From an uncultured bacterium (GTDB taxonomy: Bacteria > Krumholzibacteriota > Krumholzibacteriia > Krumholzibacteriales > Krumholzibacteriaceae), in NCBI GenBank assembly GCA_963786935.1, contig CAWBAN010000001.1:1056001-1120000 (forward strand): a stretch of 64,000 bases of DNA. Reading direction: 5' to 3'. The notes under the pieces were generated by a model. It worked only from the letters and a program-made list of their open reading frames with translations, did no database searches and was not told where the DNA came from. This document shows positions 51,460 through 60,691 of the stretch, one piece after another (the stretch's first letter is position 1; each line of letters starts with the position of its first letter). The position numbers were made by a program, and so were the translations under genes.

Positions 51460-52631
51460 TTATTCCTCGAGCCTCGACGCCGCGAGGCTGATGAGATCTC
51501 TCACCGCCACGGGCGACGGTTTCCATGAGCACCCGGGGATCACCTCATGATAGAGGAGCGTGCATTTCGGGCACGCGGTGACGAGCGTGTCGGCGCCGCA
51601 TCGATGGGCTTCCGTGAGACGCTCGTTGACCGCCGTCCGCGTGTGCGGCCCGTGGTTCACCCACGAGCCCGCGCCGCAGCAGGGAGCACCGCTCCCCCGC
51701 CGCTCGAGCTCGACCGGGCTGTCGACCGACAGCCGGGCGAGGATCTTCCGCGGCGCCTCGCTCTCGCCGAGACGGCGGCAGAGATAGCATGGATCGTGAA
51801 ACGCCGGCTTCTCTCCCCCCGCCTGAAGGCGAGCTTCTCGAGGCCGCCGGCGACGAATTCGGTGATGTGACGCACCTCGAAGGGCTGCGGCCCGAGCTCC
51901 TTCGCGTAGGTATCCTTGAGCGTGAACGCGCATTCGGGGCACATCGTGAGAACCGTCCGCGCCCTCGACGCCGCGATCTGATCGACGTTGTGCCGCGCGA
52001 GCGCCATGAACGCGTCCCGCTCGCCGAGGTCGTACAGGTCGCGGCCGCAGCATCGCTCGTCGTCGAGGATGACCGGCGAGACGCCGAGCGCGTTCAGAAG
52101 CCGCACCCCGCTCCGCGCCATCTCCGCGAAGCTCGTTTCGAGCGAGGGACCGGCGACGGCGTCGAAGAGCGAGAGGCAGCCCGTGAAGAGCGCCGTCTCC
52201 CCTTCCTTCGCGACGCGCGAGGAGGTATCGAGCCACGAGAGCCGCGCCTTCGAAGCGGGTGCCACGCCCTTCGCCCCCCTCGTCCCCTTCGGGGGACCCG
52301 GGACGTTCCCCGCCTGCGAGCGCTGATACTGCTGAATGATCCCGCCGAAGACGGGCCGGTAATCGGAACGACCCGAGCGCAGCTCGCGGACGAAATCGGC
52401 GAAGGGGACCTTGAACGGGCACGCCTCGGTGCACGCCGCGCACGTCACGCACGTCCAGACCAGCTCGTGATCGCGGGCGGCGCTCTCCCCGCCGCTCAGG
52501 AACCGCCCGGCGAGCTGCTGCGGGTGATTCGTCCCGAAGTGGCGGTACACGGGGCACGCCGAGGCGCATTCGTTCTTGCACCTCGTGCAATCCTCGATAT
52601 GGTAGCGTGCGACAATCTCTTTTTCGTTCAT
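51460..52631 (-). CDS. HdrD/GlpC-like Fe-S protein with CCG domains (frameshift near 51815)
   Basis: 'CTRC...CASACP', 'WTCVTCAACTEACP', 'ERCCG', 'FHDPC', 'CCGAG', 'TACPKC'. Confidence 0.85.
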
Positions 52632-54856
52632 TTCGACTTCCATGCCCACTTATTGACGGCGAGGGCGAACTCCTCGGGATTCGTCGAGATCTCCGTCACG
52701 ATCTCGCCCCGATATCCGAACAGCCGAAGCAGCGAGCGGCATTGCTCGATGACGCGCCGGCCCGAGGAACGGCCGAATCCGTAATGGCACTCCTCGTCGG
52801 CGCACCCGCACACGAGCACCTTCGGGCTCCCGCGCAGCGCCGCCTCGACGATGAACCGCGGCGGAATCCTCCCCGCGCACATCGTCTCGATCACGAGCAC
52901 GTCCCGGGGCAGATCGAGGCGCTCGGGGCGGGCCCAGTGACAGACGAAGAGCACCTTCGCCCGCGACGAGGAAACCCCCTCGAGGCGCTTCATGATGAGC
53001 GCATCGTCGAAGTTCCGCTGATCGATCGCGCCCGTGGGGCAGACGGCCACGCACGAGCCGCATCCCTTGCACGCGAGCTCGTCGACCCGCGCCGCGAAAC
53101 GCCCTCCCGGACGCGCTTCCACCTGCACCGCCCGGTAACCGCAGATCTCGGCGCACCGGCCGCAGCCGGTGCAGATCGTTTCGTCCACCGCACAGACGGT
53201 CCGGAGGGGAGTCGCCTCCGCGCGCTCCGATCCGAGCTCGAGCACGACGCGCTCCGGCGCCGACGACCAGAACTCCCGCCCCGCGTGCACGTTCACCGAG
53301 AGGTCCTCTCCGACGCGCAGGAGGAAATCCTTCTTCTCGCAGATATCGACGCAGACCTCGCACTCGCCGCACGGACCGCAGCGGAGGCATCGCCCCGCCT
53401 CGCGACGGGCGGCCTGCCCCGCAAAGCCCTTCTCCGCCTCGTCGAACGCCTTCGCGCGCCGGGCGGCCGGCTCGAGCGGCATCGGCTCCCGCCGCGCCTT
53501 CGCGCCCGCGGTCTCGAGCATATACTCGCGGTGACCAATCCCGGCGTCGATCGTGAGATCGAGCGGGGACTCGATCGCCTCGCCGCTCAGGTAGTGATGA
53601 ATCCGGTAGGCGGCCTTCTGGCCCGAGGCGATCGCCTCGACGACGCTCCGCGGCCCCGTCACGAGGTCCCCCGCGGCGAACACGCCGTCGACGCCCGTCG
53701 AGGACGTGGCCGCATCGACCGCCACCGCGCCGGCCGGCGTCGCCGAGAGGCCGAGACCCGAACCGAACGCCTTGACGTCGATCCCGCGCCCGTACGCGTC
53801 GACGAAGATATCCGCTTTTCCCTCGAACCCGCTGCCGGTGATCTCGACGGCGTCGCGCCTGCCCGTCGCGTCGGGCTTCCGTTCCTCGAGCCTGACGAAC
53901 GCGACTCCCCCGAGCCGCTTCCCCTTCGCGATGAGGCGCGAGGGCCGGACGAGGAAGAGCGTTTTGACGCCTTCCTGCTCCGCCTGCGCGAGATCCTCCG
54001 CGCGGACCGGGGCGAGCCCCCGGCTCTTGCCGATCGCGAGCGTGACGCTCCTCGCGCCGAGACGCGCGGCCGTGCGCGCGCAATCGAGCGCCATCATGCC
54101 GTCGCCGGCCACGACGACGCTCGCATCCTCGATCTCGAGAGCGGCGTTCTGCAGGAAATCGATCGCGTGCACGACGCCCGCGATCCCCGCCCGCCCCCAC
54201 TTCCACGCGGGGCGCCACGCCCCGGTTCCGAGCAGGAGGGCGCGGTAGCCGCGCCGCTTGAGCTGATTCCAGGTAACCGTTTTTCCGAACTCCGTCCCCG
54301 TGACGAGCTCGATGCCGGCCTCGAGGATCGCGCGCGCCTCGCGCTCGACGACGGCGCGCGGGAGCCTGAAGCCGGGAATGAGATTCATCATGCCGCCCGG
54401 GCGGTCCTTCACCTCGAACACGGTCACGGGATAGCCGAGCGCGGCGAGCTCGCGCGCGGCCGCGAGCCCCGCGGGCCCCGCGCCGACGACGGCCACCTTG
54501 TCCGTCCGGAATATCCGGGCGGGGACGGCCGGATTGATCCCCCGCTTCATTTCGAGATCGAACACGAAGCGCTTCAGCGCGCAGATCGCGATCGCGTCGT
54601 CGTAGTTCCCCCGCGTGCACGCCGCCTCGCAGGGACGGGGGCACACCCTCCCGCAGACGCCGGGGAACGGGTTGCGCTCGCGGATGAGGGCGAGCGCCTC
54701 GGCGAACCTGCCGTCCGAAACGAGCGAGACGTACCCCCGCGCGTTGATGCGCGTCGGACAGGCGAGCGTGCAGGGAGAGGTCTCGAGCGGCACGAGCTTC
54801 CAGGAGCGCGCCTCCCGCGGATCCCTCATGATGATGGCGTCGGCGTCCTTCTCCAT
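52628..54856 (-). CDS. GltD/NfnB-like FAD protein fused to 2x4Fe-4S and MvhD-like domains
   Basis: 'SPCTLACP', 'CGRVCPRPCE', 'GAGPAGL', 'FAAGD', 'EAGRCLRC', ferredoxin motifs, 'FVC...MCAGR...VCGC...CHY'. Confidence 0.85.
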   Translation of the reverse strand: MEKDADAIIMRDPREARSWKLVPLETSPCTLACPTRINARGYVSLVSDGRFAEALALIRERNPFPGVCGRVCPRPCEAACTRGNYDDAIAICALKRFVFDLEMKRGINPAVPARIFRTDKVAVVGAGPAGLAAARELAALGYPVTVFEVKDRPGGMMNLIPGFRLPRAVVEREARAILEAGIELVTGTEFGKTVTWNQLKRRGYRALLLGTGAWRPAWKWGRAGIAGVVHAIDFLQNAALEIEDASVVVAGDGMMALDCARTAARLGARSVTLAIGKSRGLAPVRAEDLAQAEQEGVKTLFLVRPSRLIAKGKRLGGVAFVRLEERKPDATGRRDAVEITGSGFEGKADIFVDAYGRGIDVKAFGSGLGLSATPAGAVAVDAATSSTGVDGVFAAGDLVTGPRSVVEAIASGQKAAYRIHHYLSGEAIESPLDLTIDAGIGHREYMLETAGAKARREPMPLEPAARRAKAFDEAEKGFAGQAARREAGRCLRCGPCGECEVCVDICEKKDFLLRVGEDLSVNVHAGREFWSSAPERVVLELGSERAEATPLRTVCAVDETICTGCGRCAEICGYRAVQVEARPGGRFAARVDELACKGCGSCVAVCPTGAIDQRNFDDALIMKRLEGVSSSRAKVLFVCHWARPERLDLPRDVLVIETMCAGRIPPRFIVEAALRGSPKVLVCGCADEECHYGFGRSSGRRVIEQCRSLLRLFGYRGEIVTEISTNPEEFALAVNKWAWKSK

Positions 54857-55603
54857 CTATGCGCGAGCCTTTCTGCGAGGATGTCTCTTCGCGAGCATCG
54901 GGTGCGTCCCGGCCTCGGCGCGGAATTTCTGGTCGATCTCGCAGCGAAAACACTCGTAATTGAGCGAGCACACGGCATCGCTCAGGAATCCCATGAGCGT
55001 GTAGCGGCACGGATGCTCCGCGCCTTCCCGGCGGAGCTCCATGACGCGCTCGTACTCCATGTCGATCGCGTCCGTCGGGCAGACGAAGGCGCACGCGCCG
55101 CACGCGATGCAGCGGGAATGATCGATGCCGAAGGGGGATTCGACCTTCCGCCCGATGCCGCGCTGCGAGAATCCGATCGCATCGGCGCCGGCGACCTCCG
55201 CGCACACGCGCACGCAGAGCCCGCAGAGGACGCAATCGTCGTTCAGCTTCGAGAACCGCGCTTTCGTCACGCCGTGCTTCGCGGCGAGCTCCCGCACGTA
55301 CGGCGCCTCGGGAGACCGCGCGAGGAGCAGCTCGAGGAGGAACCTCCGCAGCTTCTTGATCCGCGGCGTATCGGTCTCGACCTCGAGCCCGTCCTTCACC
55401 GGGTAGAGGCACGACGCCACGACGCGCGAGCGCTTTCTGCCCGGCTCGCGCACCTCGACGACGCAGAGCCTGCAGGCGCCGTAGGGCGCGAGCGACTCGT
55501 GCGCGCAGAGCGCGGGGATATCGATTCCCGCCGAGCGCGCCGCGTCGAGCACCGTCGTCCCGGCCTCCGCCGTCCGTTTCTTCCCGTTCAGAACGAACTT
55601 CAT
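54857..55603 (-). CDS. HydA/NuoG N-terminal-like Fe-S subunit (copy 2)
   Basis: 'IPALC...GACRLC...SC', 'CVLCGLCVRVC', 'CIACGACAFVCP'. Confidence 0.85.
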   Translation of the reverse strand: MKFVLNGKKRTAEAGTTVLDAARSAGIDIPALCAHESLAPYGACRLCVVEVREPGRKRSRVVASCLYPVKDGLEVETDTPRIKKLRRFLLELLLARSPEAPYVRELAAKHGVTKARFSKLNDDCVLCGLCVRVCAEVAGADAIGFSQRGIGRKVESPFGIDHSRCIACGACAFVCPTDAIDMEYERVMELRREGAEHPCRYTLMGFLSDAVCSLNYECFRCEIDQKFRAEAGTHPMLAKRHPRRKARA

Positions 55604-56139
55604 TTGTATTTCTCCAGCGCCTTGCCGACCGTGAGATGATCGAGCCTGCTCACCAGATCCCCGTCGACCATCATGACCGGCGCCTGGCCGCAGCAGCCGA
55701 GGCACCGCACGGTCTCGAACGAGAACCGCATGTCGGCGGTCGTGCCGCCGGCGCCTACCTTGAGCTCGCGCTCGATCGCGTCCTGCACGCGTTTGGCGCC
55801 CCGCACGTGGCACGCCGTGCCGAGGCAGAGCGATATTTCATGCCTGCCCCGCGGCACGAGCCTGAACGCCTTGTAGAACGTCGCGATCGCGAAGAGCCTC
55901 GTGAGCGGCACGTCGAGCTCGCGCGATATGAGGCGCAGGTCCCGCTCGGGGAGGTACTGGCGCAGCGCCTGCAGATCCTGCAGGATCGCGATGATCTGCG
56001 AGGCGAGCCTCCCATGCCGGTCGAGGATGCGCTGCACGTCCCGCTCGCCGGCGGCCGCTCCGGCGGCGCCCGACGCCGCGCGCGCGCCTCCGGCCGAGAG
56101 AACGTCCCGTATCGTGCGAACGGCGCCGCTCCCGCTCAT
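55600..56139 (-). CDS. HydC/NuoE-like 2Fe-2S subunit (copy 2)
   Basis: 'ATFYKAF', 'CLGTACHVRG', 'CLGCCGQAP'. Confidence 0.9.
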   Translation of the reverse strand: MSGSGAVRTIRDVLSAGGARAASGAAGAAAGERDVQRILDRHGRLASQIIAILQDLQALRQYLPERDLRLISRELDVPLTRLFAIATFYKAFRLVPRGRHEISLCLGTACHVRGAKRVQDAIERELKVGAGGTTADMRFSFETVRCLGCCGQAPVMMVDGDLVSRLDHLTVGKALEKYK

Positions 56140-58037
56140 CGCGCGATCGCCTCGAATCTGCACGCGTCCCAGCACGCGCCGCATTTGATGCATTTCGTTT
56201 CGTCGATCACGTGAATCTCTTTCGCCTTGCCCGCGATGCAGCCGACCGGACACGCCTTGGCGCATGCGCGGCAGCCCGTGCAGCGGTCCGGCACGACCCT
56301 GAACCGGAGGAGCGCCTTGCAGACTCCCGCGGGGCATCGCTTCCGGCGTATATGGGCCTCGTACTCGTCCCTGAAGTAGCGGATCGTGGTCAGCACGGGA
56401 TTGGGGGCCGAGCCGCCGAGCGCGCACAGCGACGTCGCCGCCACGCCCTCGGAGATCTCCTCGAGGAGCTCGATGTCTCCCCGTTTTCCTCTTCCCTCGA
56501 CGATCCGGTCGAGAATCTCGAGGAGCGCGCGGAGCCCTTCCCGGCACGGGAGGCACTTGCCGCACGATTCGTCCTTGAGAAAATCGATGAAGTACCGCGC
56601 GACGTCCACCATGCAGGTGTCTTCGTCCATCACGATCATGCCGCCGGAGCCCATCATCGAGCCGGCGCCGGTCAGCGCGTCGAAATCGACGGGGAGGTCG
56701 AGAAGCGATTCGGGCAGGCATCCACCCGAGGGGCCGCCCGTCTGCACCGCTTTGAACTTCTTTCCCTGCGGCACGCCGCCGCCGATATCGAATATGATCT
56801 CCCGCAGCGTCATCCCCATCGGCACCTCGACGAGCCCCGTGTTGGCGATCTTGCCGACGAGGGAGAATATCTTCGTCCCCTTGCTTCCGCCCCACGGATT
56901 CGAGCTCACGTCCCCCGTGCCGATTTTCGAATACCAGGCATGCCCGCCGAGAACGATCTTCGGCACGTTCGCCCACGTCTCGACGTTGTTCAATACGGTG
57001 GGCTGCTCCCAGAGCCCCTTCTCGACCGTGTGGATGTATTTCGCCCGCGGCTCTCCCGGCCTGCCCTCGAGCGAGGCCATGAGCGCCGTCGATTCGCCGC
57101 AGACGAACGCGCCGCCCCCCCGGGATATCGTGATGTCGAACGAGAAGCCGCTTCCGAGAATATCCTCGCCGAGCAACCCGCATTCGCGCGCCTGGGCGAG
57201 CGCGGTCGTCAGCGCTTCCACCGCGCGCGGGTACTCGTTCCGGACGTAGATATAGCCCTCGCGCGCGCCGACCGCGTACGCGCCGATGACGATCCCCTCG
57301 ATGACGCTGTGCGGATTTCCCTCGCAGATGCTCCGGTCCATGAACGCGCCGGGGTCCCCTTCGTCCGCGTTGCAGATGACGTATCGTTTCCGGCCCCGGG
57401 CGGCCCGCGCCGTCTCCCATTTGACGCCGGCCGGGAAACCGCCGCCGCCCCGTCCGCGAAGCCCCGATTTCTTGATCGTCTCGATCACCCCGCGCGGCTT
57501 GCGGCCCTCGAGCACGCGGCGCAGCGCCTCGTAGCCGTCGAGCGCGATGTAATCCCGGATGTCCGCCGGATCGATCCTCGAGTTGTTCCCGAGGATGAGC
57601 CTCATCTGCCGCTTGTAATAGGGCACGTCTTCCTCGAGCTCCACGCGTTTCCCGGTGGACGGATCGAGGTAGAGGAGACGCTCGACGATTTCCCCCTTCT
57701 TGATCGTCTGGGCGACGATCTCGGGAACGTCGGCGGGCTTCACCTGCGTATAGAGGATCTTTCGGGGATGAACGACGACGAGCGCACCCTTCTCGCAGAA
57801 GCCGTGGCAACCGGTCGCCTTGACGTCGACGCGGCGCAGCCGCTCCTTGGCGATCTCGCGCTTGAACGCTTCGAAGACGTTGGCGGAATCGCACGCGCGG
57901 CAACCCGTGTCGGCGCACACGCCGATGGTGATCCAGCCCGCCGGCCGTTCGCTGAGGATTTCCTTTCTGAATCTATCGAGGCTCTTGAAAGAGCGAAGCT
58001 TGTTGAGTTTCAGGGTCGCACCCTCCTGCCCTGCCAA
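56136..58037 (-). CDS. HydB/NuoF-like NADH/FMN subunit (copy 2, intact; start may be CTG at 58013)
   Basis: 'GCHGFC', '[10 protein letters not shown]', '[13 protein letters not shown]', 'TGGPSGG', 'ESCGKCLPCR', 'HIRRKRCPAGVC', 2x4Fe-4S. Confidence 0.92.
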   Translation of the reverse strand: MAGQEGATLKLNKLRSFKSLDRFRKEILSERPAGWITIGVCADTGCRACDSANVFEAFKREIAKERLRRVDVKATGCHGFCEKGALVVVHPRKILYTQVKPADVPEIVAQTIKKGEIVERLLYLDPSTGKRVELEEDVPYYKRQMRLILGNNSRIDPADIRDYIALDGYEALRRVLEGRKPRGVIETIKKSGLRGRGGGGFPAGVKWETARAARGRKRYVICNADEGDPGAFMDRSICEGNPHSVIEGIVIGAYAVGAREGYIYVRNEYPRAVEALTTALAQARECGLLGEDILGSGFSFDITISRGGGAFVCGESTALMASLEGRPGEPRAKYIHTVEKGLWEQPTVLNNVETWANVPKIVLGGHAWYSKIGTGDVSSNPWGGSKGTKIFSLVGKIANTGLVEVPMGMTLREIIFDIGGGVPQGKKFKAVQTGGPSGGCLPESLLDLPVDFDALTGAGSMMGSGGMIVMDEDTCMVDVARYFIDFLKDESCGKCLPCREGLRALLEILDRIVEGRGKRGDIELLEEISEGVAATSLCALGGSAPNPVLTTIRYFRDEYEAHIRRKRCPAGVCKALLRFRVVPDRCTGCRACAKACPVGCIAGKAKEIHVIDETKCIKCGACWDACRFEAIAR

Positions 58038-58176
58038 TCAAAAAGATAAATGGAAATTAATCAGAAATTCCTGAAAAAGTCAAGTGCTATAGCGCGCCCG
58101 CAATATGATAATAACTACATAGTATTGAATAAGTTATTGCGCGGATGGGGCGCCGGCGACGAAGAAATGACCGGAA

Positions 58177-60150
58177 TCATGTTGCGATCGTCAGGAGTAC
58201 CTGATCCTTTTCGACGGACGTTCCCGGGGATACCTTGAGGGATTTAACGACGCCGTTCACCCTGGATGTCAGATTGTTCTGCATCTTCATGGCTTCGAGA
58301 ATGACGAGAACATCCCCTTCCTTCACCTTGTCCCCCACCTTCACCTCGAACTGGACGACCATGCCCGGCATCGGGGCGATTATCGAGTACTCGCCGTTCG
58401 AATTGGCGCTCGACTCGACCTTCTCGACCTTGCTCCGCCCCTCTTCCTTCTTGACCTTCGGCTCTTCCTTCTTCTCGGGCTCCTTCTCCTTGGCGGGGGC
58501 CGTCTCCTTCTTGATGACGAGCGGCTGCGTGTCGCCGACCGCGATGACGCGCGGCTTCCCGCCGACTTCCTCGACGTCGACCGAGTACCGCTCGCCGCCG
58601 ACCGAAACGCTGAAGCTGCGGAGCGGCGCGCCGGTGCCGGGAGCGCCCGCAGGGGCACGCTCGACGAGCTGACCCTTGAGCGCTTTCTCCACGAGCTCGT
58701 CCTCGCGCTTCACGTCTTCCATCGTTTTCGCCTTCGTTTCGGCGGGAGGCTGCTCTTTGCCGTATTTCCATTTGAGGAAACGCAGCCCGGTGGTCGGATA
58801 GAGCGCGTAGATGAGGACGTCACCCTCGTCCTGAGCGATGTCTTTCGTCGCCTCGCGCGCCTTGTCCATCTCCGGCTCGAGCGTATCGGCCGCCCTGCAG
58901 GTGATCGGCTTTTCACCTTTCGGGTAGCCGTGGAGCACGATCTTCTGCACCCGCGGATCGATGGGTGCCGGCGACCTCCCGTAGAGACCGTAGACGTAGT
59001 CCTTCACCTGGCTCGAGATCATCTTGTACCGGCCGAAGAGGACGTTCTGAACCGCCTGCGTTCCGACGATCTGGCTCGTCGGCGTCACGAGCGGCGGAAA
59101 GCCGAGCTCCTTGCGGGTTCTCGGCAGCTCGTCGTAGACCTCGTTGATCCGGTCGAGGGCGTCGGCCTCCTTGAGCTGGCTCACGAGGTTCGTGAGCATT
59201 CCGCCGGGAATCTGATGCTCGAGAACCGCGGTGTCGATGATCGACATCTGGGTCGTATTGAGAAATTGCCGGTATTTCGGCGCGATCGATTCGATGTACT
59301 GGCCGATCTCGAAGAGCTTCTCCAGATCGAGCCCGGGGCTCCGCACCTTTCCCTTGAGCGCCGCGACGATCGGCTCGATCGCCGGCTCCGACGACCTGAG
59401 CCCGAACGGCGCCACCGCGCAGTCGATCGTATCGACACCCGCCTCGATCGCCTTGAGATAGGTCATCGAGGCCATGCCGCTCGTATAGTGGCAGTGCAGC
59501 TGGATCGGGAGCCTGACCGAGCGCTTCAGGGCGCCGATGAGCTCGTAGGCGTCGTACGGATTCATGATCCCGGCCATGTCCTTGAGGCAGATCGAATCCG
59601 CGCCCATCTCCTTGAGGATCTTGGCCTTCTCGATGTAGTACTTGAGATTGTAGACCTTCCCGCCCATCTTCGGGCCGGTCAGGGAGAACGATATCGTGCC
59701 CTGGACGTGCTTCTTGCACTTCTTGATCGCCTTGAACGACGCCTCGAAGTTGCGCTCGTCGTTGAGCGCGTCGAACACGCGGAAGACGTCGATGCCGGTT
59801 TCGGCGGCCCGCTCGACGAAGGCCTCGACGACGTCGTCGGCGTAGTTCCGGTATCCGACGAGGTTCTGGCCGCGCAGGAGCATCTGAAGCGGCGTTTTCC
59901 TGATCCGCTTCTTGAGCTCCGTGAGGCGCTCCCAGGGATCCTCGTTGAGATATCGCGTCGCGACGTCGAAGGTCGCTCCCCCCCAGACCTCCATCGTATG
60001 GAATCCGACCCGGTCCATCTTCTCCGCGATGGGGAGCATGTCTTCGGTGCGCATCCGGGTGGCGATCGTGGACTGGTGCCCGTCACGGAGCGTCGTGTCG
60101 GTCACCTTGACCGCTTTGAAGGCCTCGAGCAGCTTGGTGTTCTTGGGCAT
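58177..60150 (-). CDS. Pyruvate carboxylase subunit B / oxaloacetate decarboxylase alpha (carboxyltransferase + biotinyl domain)
   Basis: 'RDGHQS', 'WGGATFD', 'KDMAG', 'HCH', 'LVTPTSQ', 'EAMKM'. Confidence 0.92.
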   Translation of the reverse strand: MPKNTKLLEAFKAVKVTDTTLRDGHQSTIATRMRTEDMLPIAEKMDRVGFHTMEVWGGATFDVATRYLNEDPWERLTELKKRIRKTPLQMLLRGQNLVGYRNYADDVVEAFVERAAETGIDVFRVFDALNDERNFEASFKAIKKCKKHVQGTISFSLTGPKMGGKVYNLKYYIEKAKILKEMGADSICLKDMAGIMNPYDAYELIGALKRSVRLPIQLHCHYTSGMASMTYLKAIEAGVDTIDCAVAPFGLRSSEPAIEPIVAALKGKVRSPGLDLEKLFEIGQYIESIAPKYRQFLNTTQMSIIDTAVLEHQIPGGMLTNLVSQLKEADALDRINEVYDELPRTRKELGFPPLVTPTSQIVGTQAVQNVLFGRYKMISSQVKDYVYGLYGRSPAPIDPRVQKIVLHGYPKGEKPITCRAADTLEPEMDKAREATKDIAQDEGDVLIYALYPTTGLRFLKWKYGKEQPPAETKAKTMEDVKREDELVEKALKGQLVERAPAGAPGTGAPLRSFSVSVGGERYSVDVEEVGGKPRVIAVGDTQPLVIKKETAPAKEKEPEKKEEPKVKKEEGRSKVEKVESSANSNGEYSIIAPMPGMVVQFEVKVGDKVKEGDVLVILEAMKMQNNLTSRVNGVVKSLKVSPGTSVEKDQVLLTIAT

Positions 60151-60201
60151 ACATCGGCCCCTTCCGGAAAATGACTTCAGCCGGCTTCCCGGGGACTCAA
60201 C

Positions 60202-60405
60202 CTAGATGAGCGAGAATCTTCTCAGGCGCACCGTGTTCGGGTTCGCCCGAACGGTCAGCTGGTGCATCGACATGGTCTCGCGCCGTCCCGCCAGCTTCCA
60301 GGGGTTGAGTCTCTGCCCGAACCTTTTCTCGTCGAATGAGTTTTCCGATTCTATATAAGCGCTGACCGCCGCGGAGATCACCGCCATGATCTTCTCATCC
60401 ATCAT
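60202..60405 (-). CDS. Small carboxylase-associated protein (OadG C-terminus / AccE-like)
   Basis: 'AVISAAVSAY...NPWKLAGR'; strong SD GGAGG; directly upstream of the carboxyltransferase. Confidence 0.55.
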   Translation of the reverse strand: MMDEKIMAVISAAVSAYIESENSFDEKRFGQRLNPWKLAGRRETMSMHQLTVRANPNTVRLRRFSLI

Positions 60406-60462
60406 CCTCTACCTCCATCGTATGGAGAAAGATAACCCCCCCTTTTTCAGGCTGTCAACAAC

Positions 60463-60486
60463 AAAAAACCGCGAGCGCGCCTCGCG
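60463..60486 (-). terminator. Terminator downstream of tRNA-Phe
   Basis: CGCGAG-N5-CTCGCG followed by GTTTTTT. Confidence 0.6.
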
Positions 60487-60573
60487 CGTAGAGCTTAATC
60501 GCTTGTATGATAATGAATTATGAAAGACCGTGGCCTCGCCGAAGGCCGACGTCCGAGGAATCCCCCGAATAAA

Positions 60574-60649
<76 letters not shown>

Positions 60650-60691
60650 ACGGGGAGAAATCTTACCTGCTAACGACGATTTGTCAATGAA

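Noticed and set aside
58056..58066. ATTAATCAGAA shared with the palindrome at 32386-32396, suggesting a common regulator
   Set aside because: Only a partial site is present and it coincides with a probable -10 region, so chance in AT-rich promoter DNA is sufficient.
58108..58140. AT-rich imperfect inverted repeat (AATAACT...AGTTATT) as a dif or att site; similar tracts near 10330, 60496 and 63945
   Set aside because: They do not fit the 11-6-11 dif layout. They resemble generic IHF-like or UP-element tracts and cannot be assigned.
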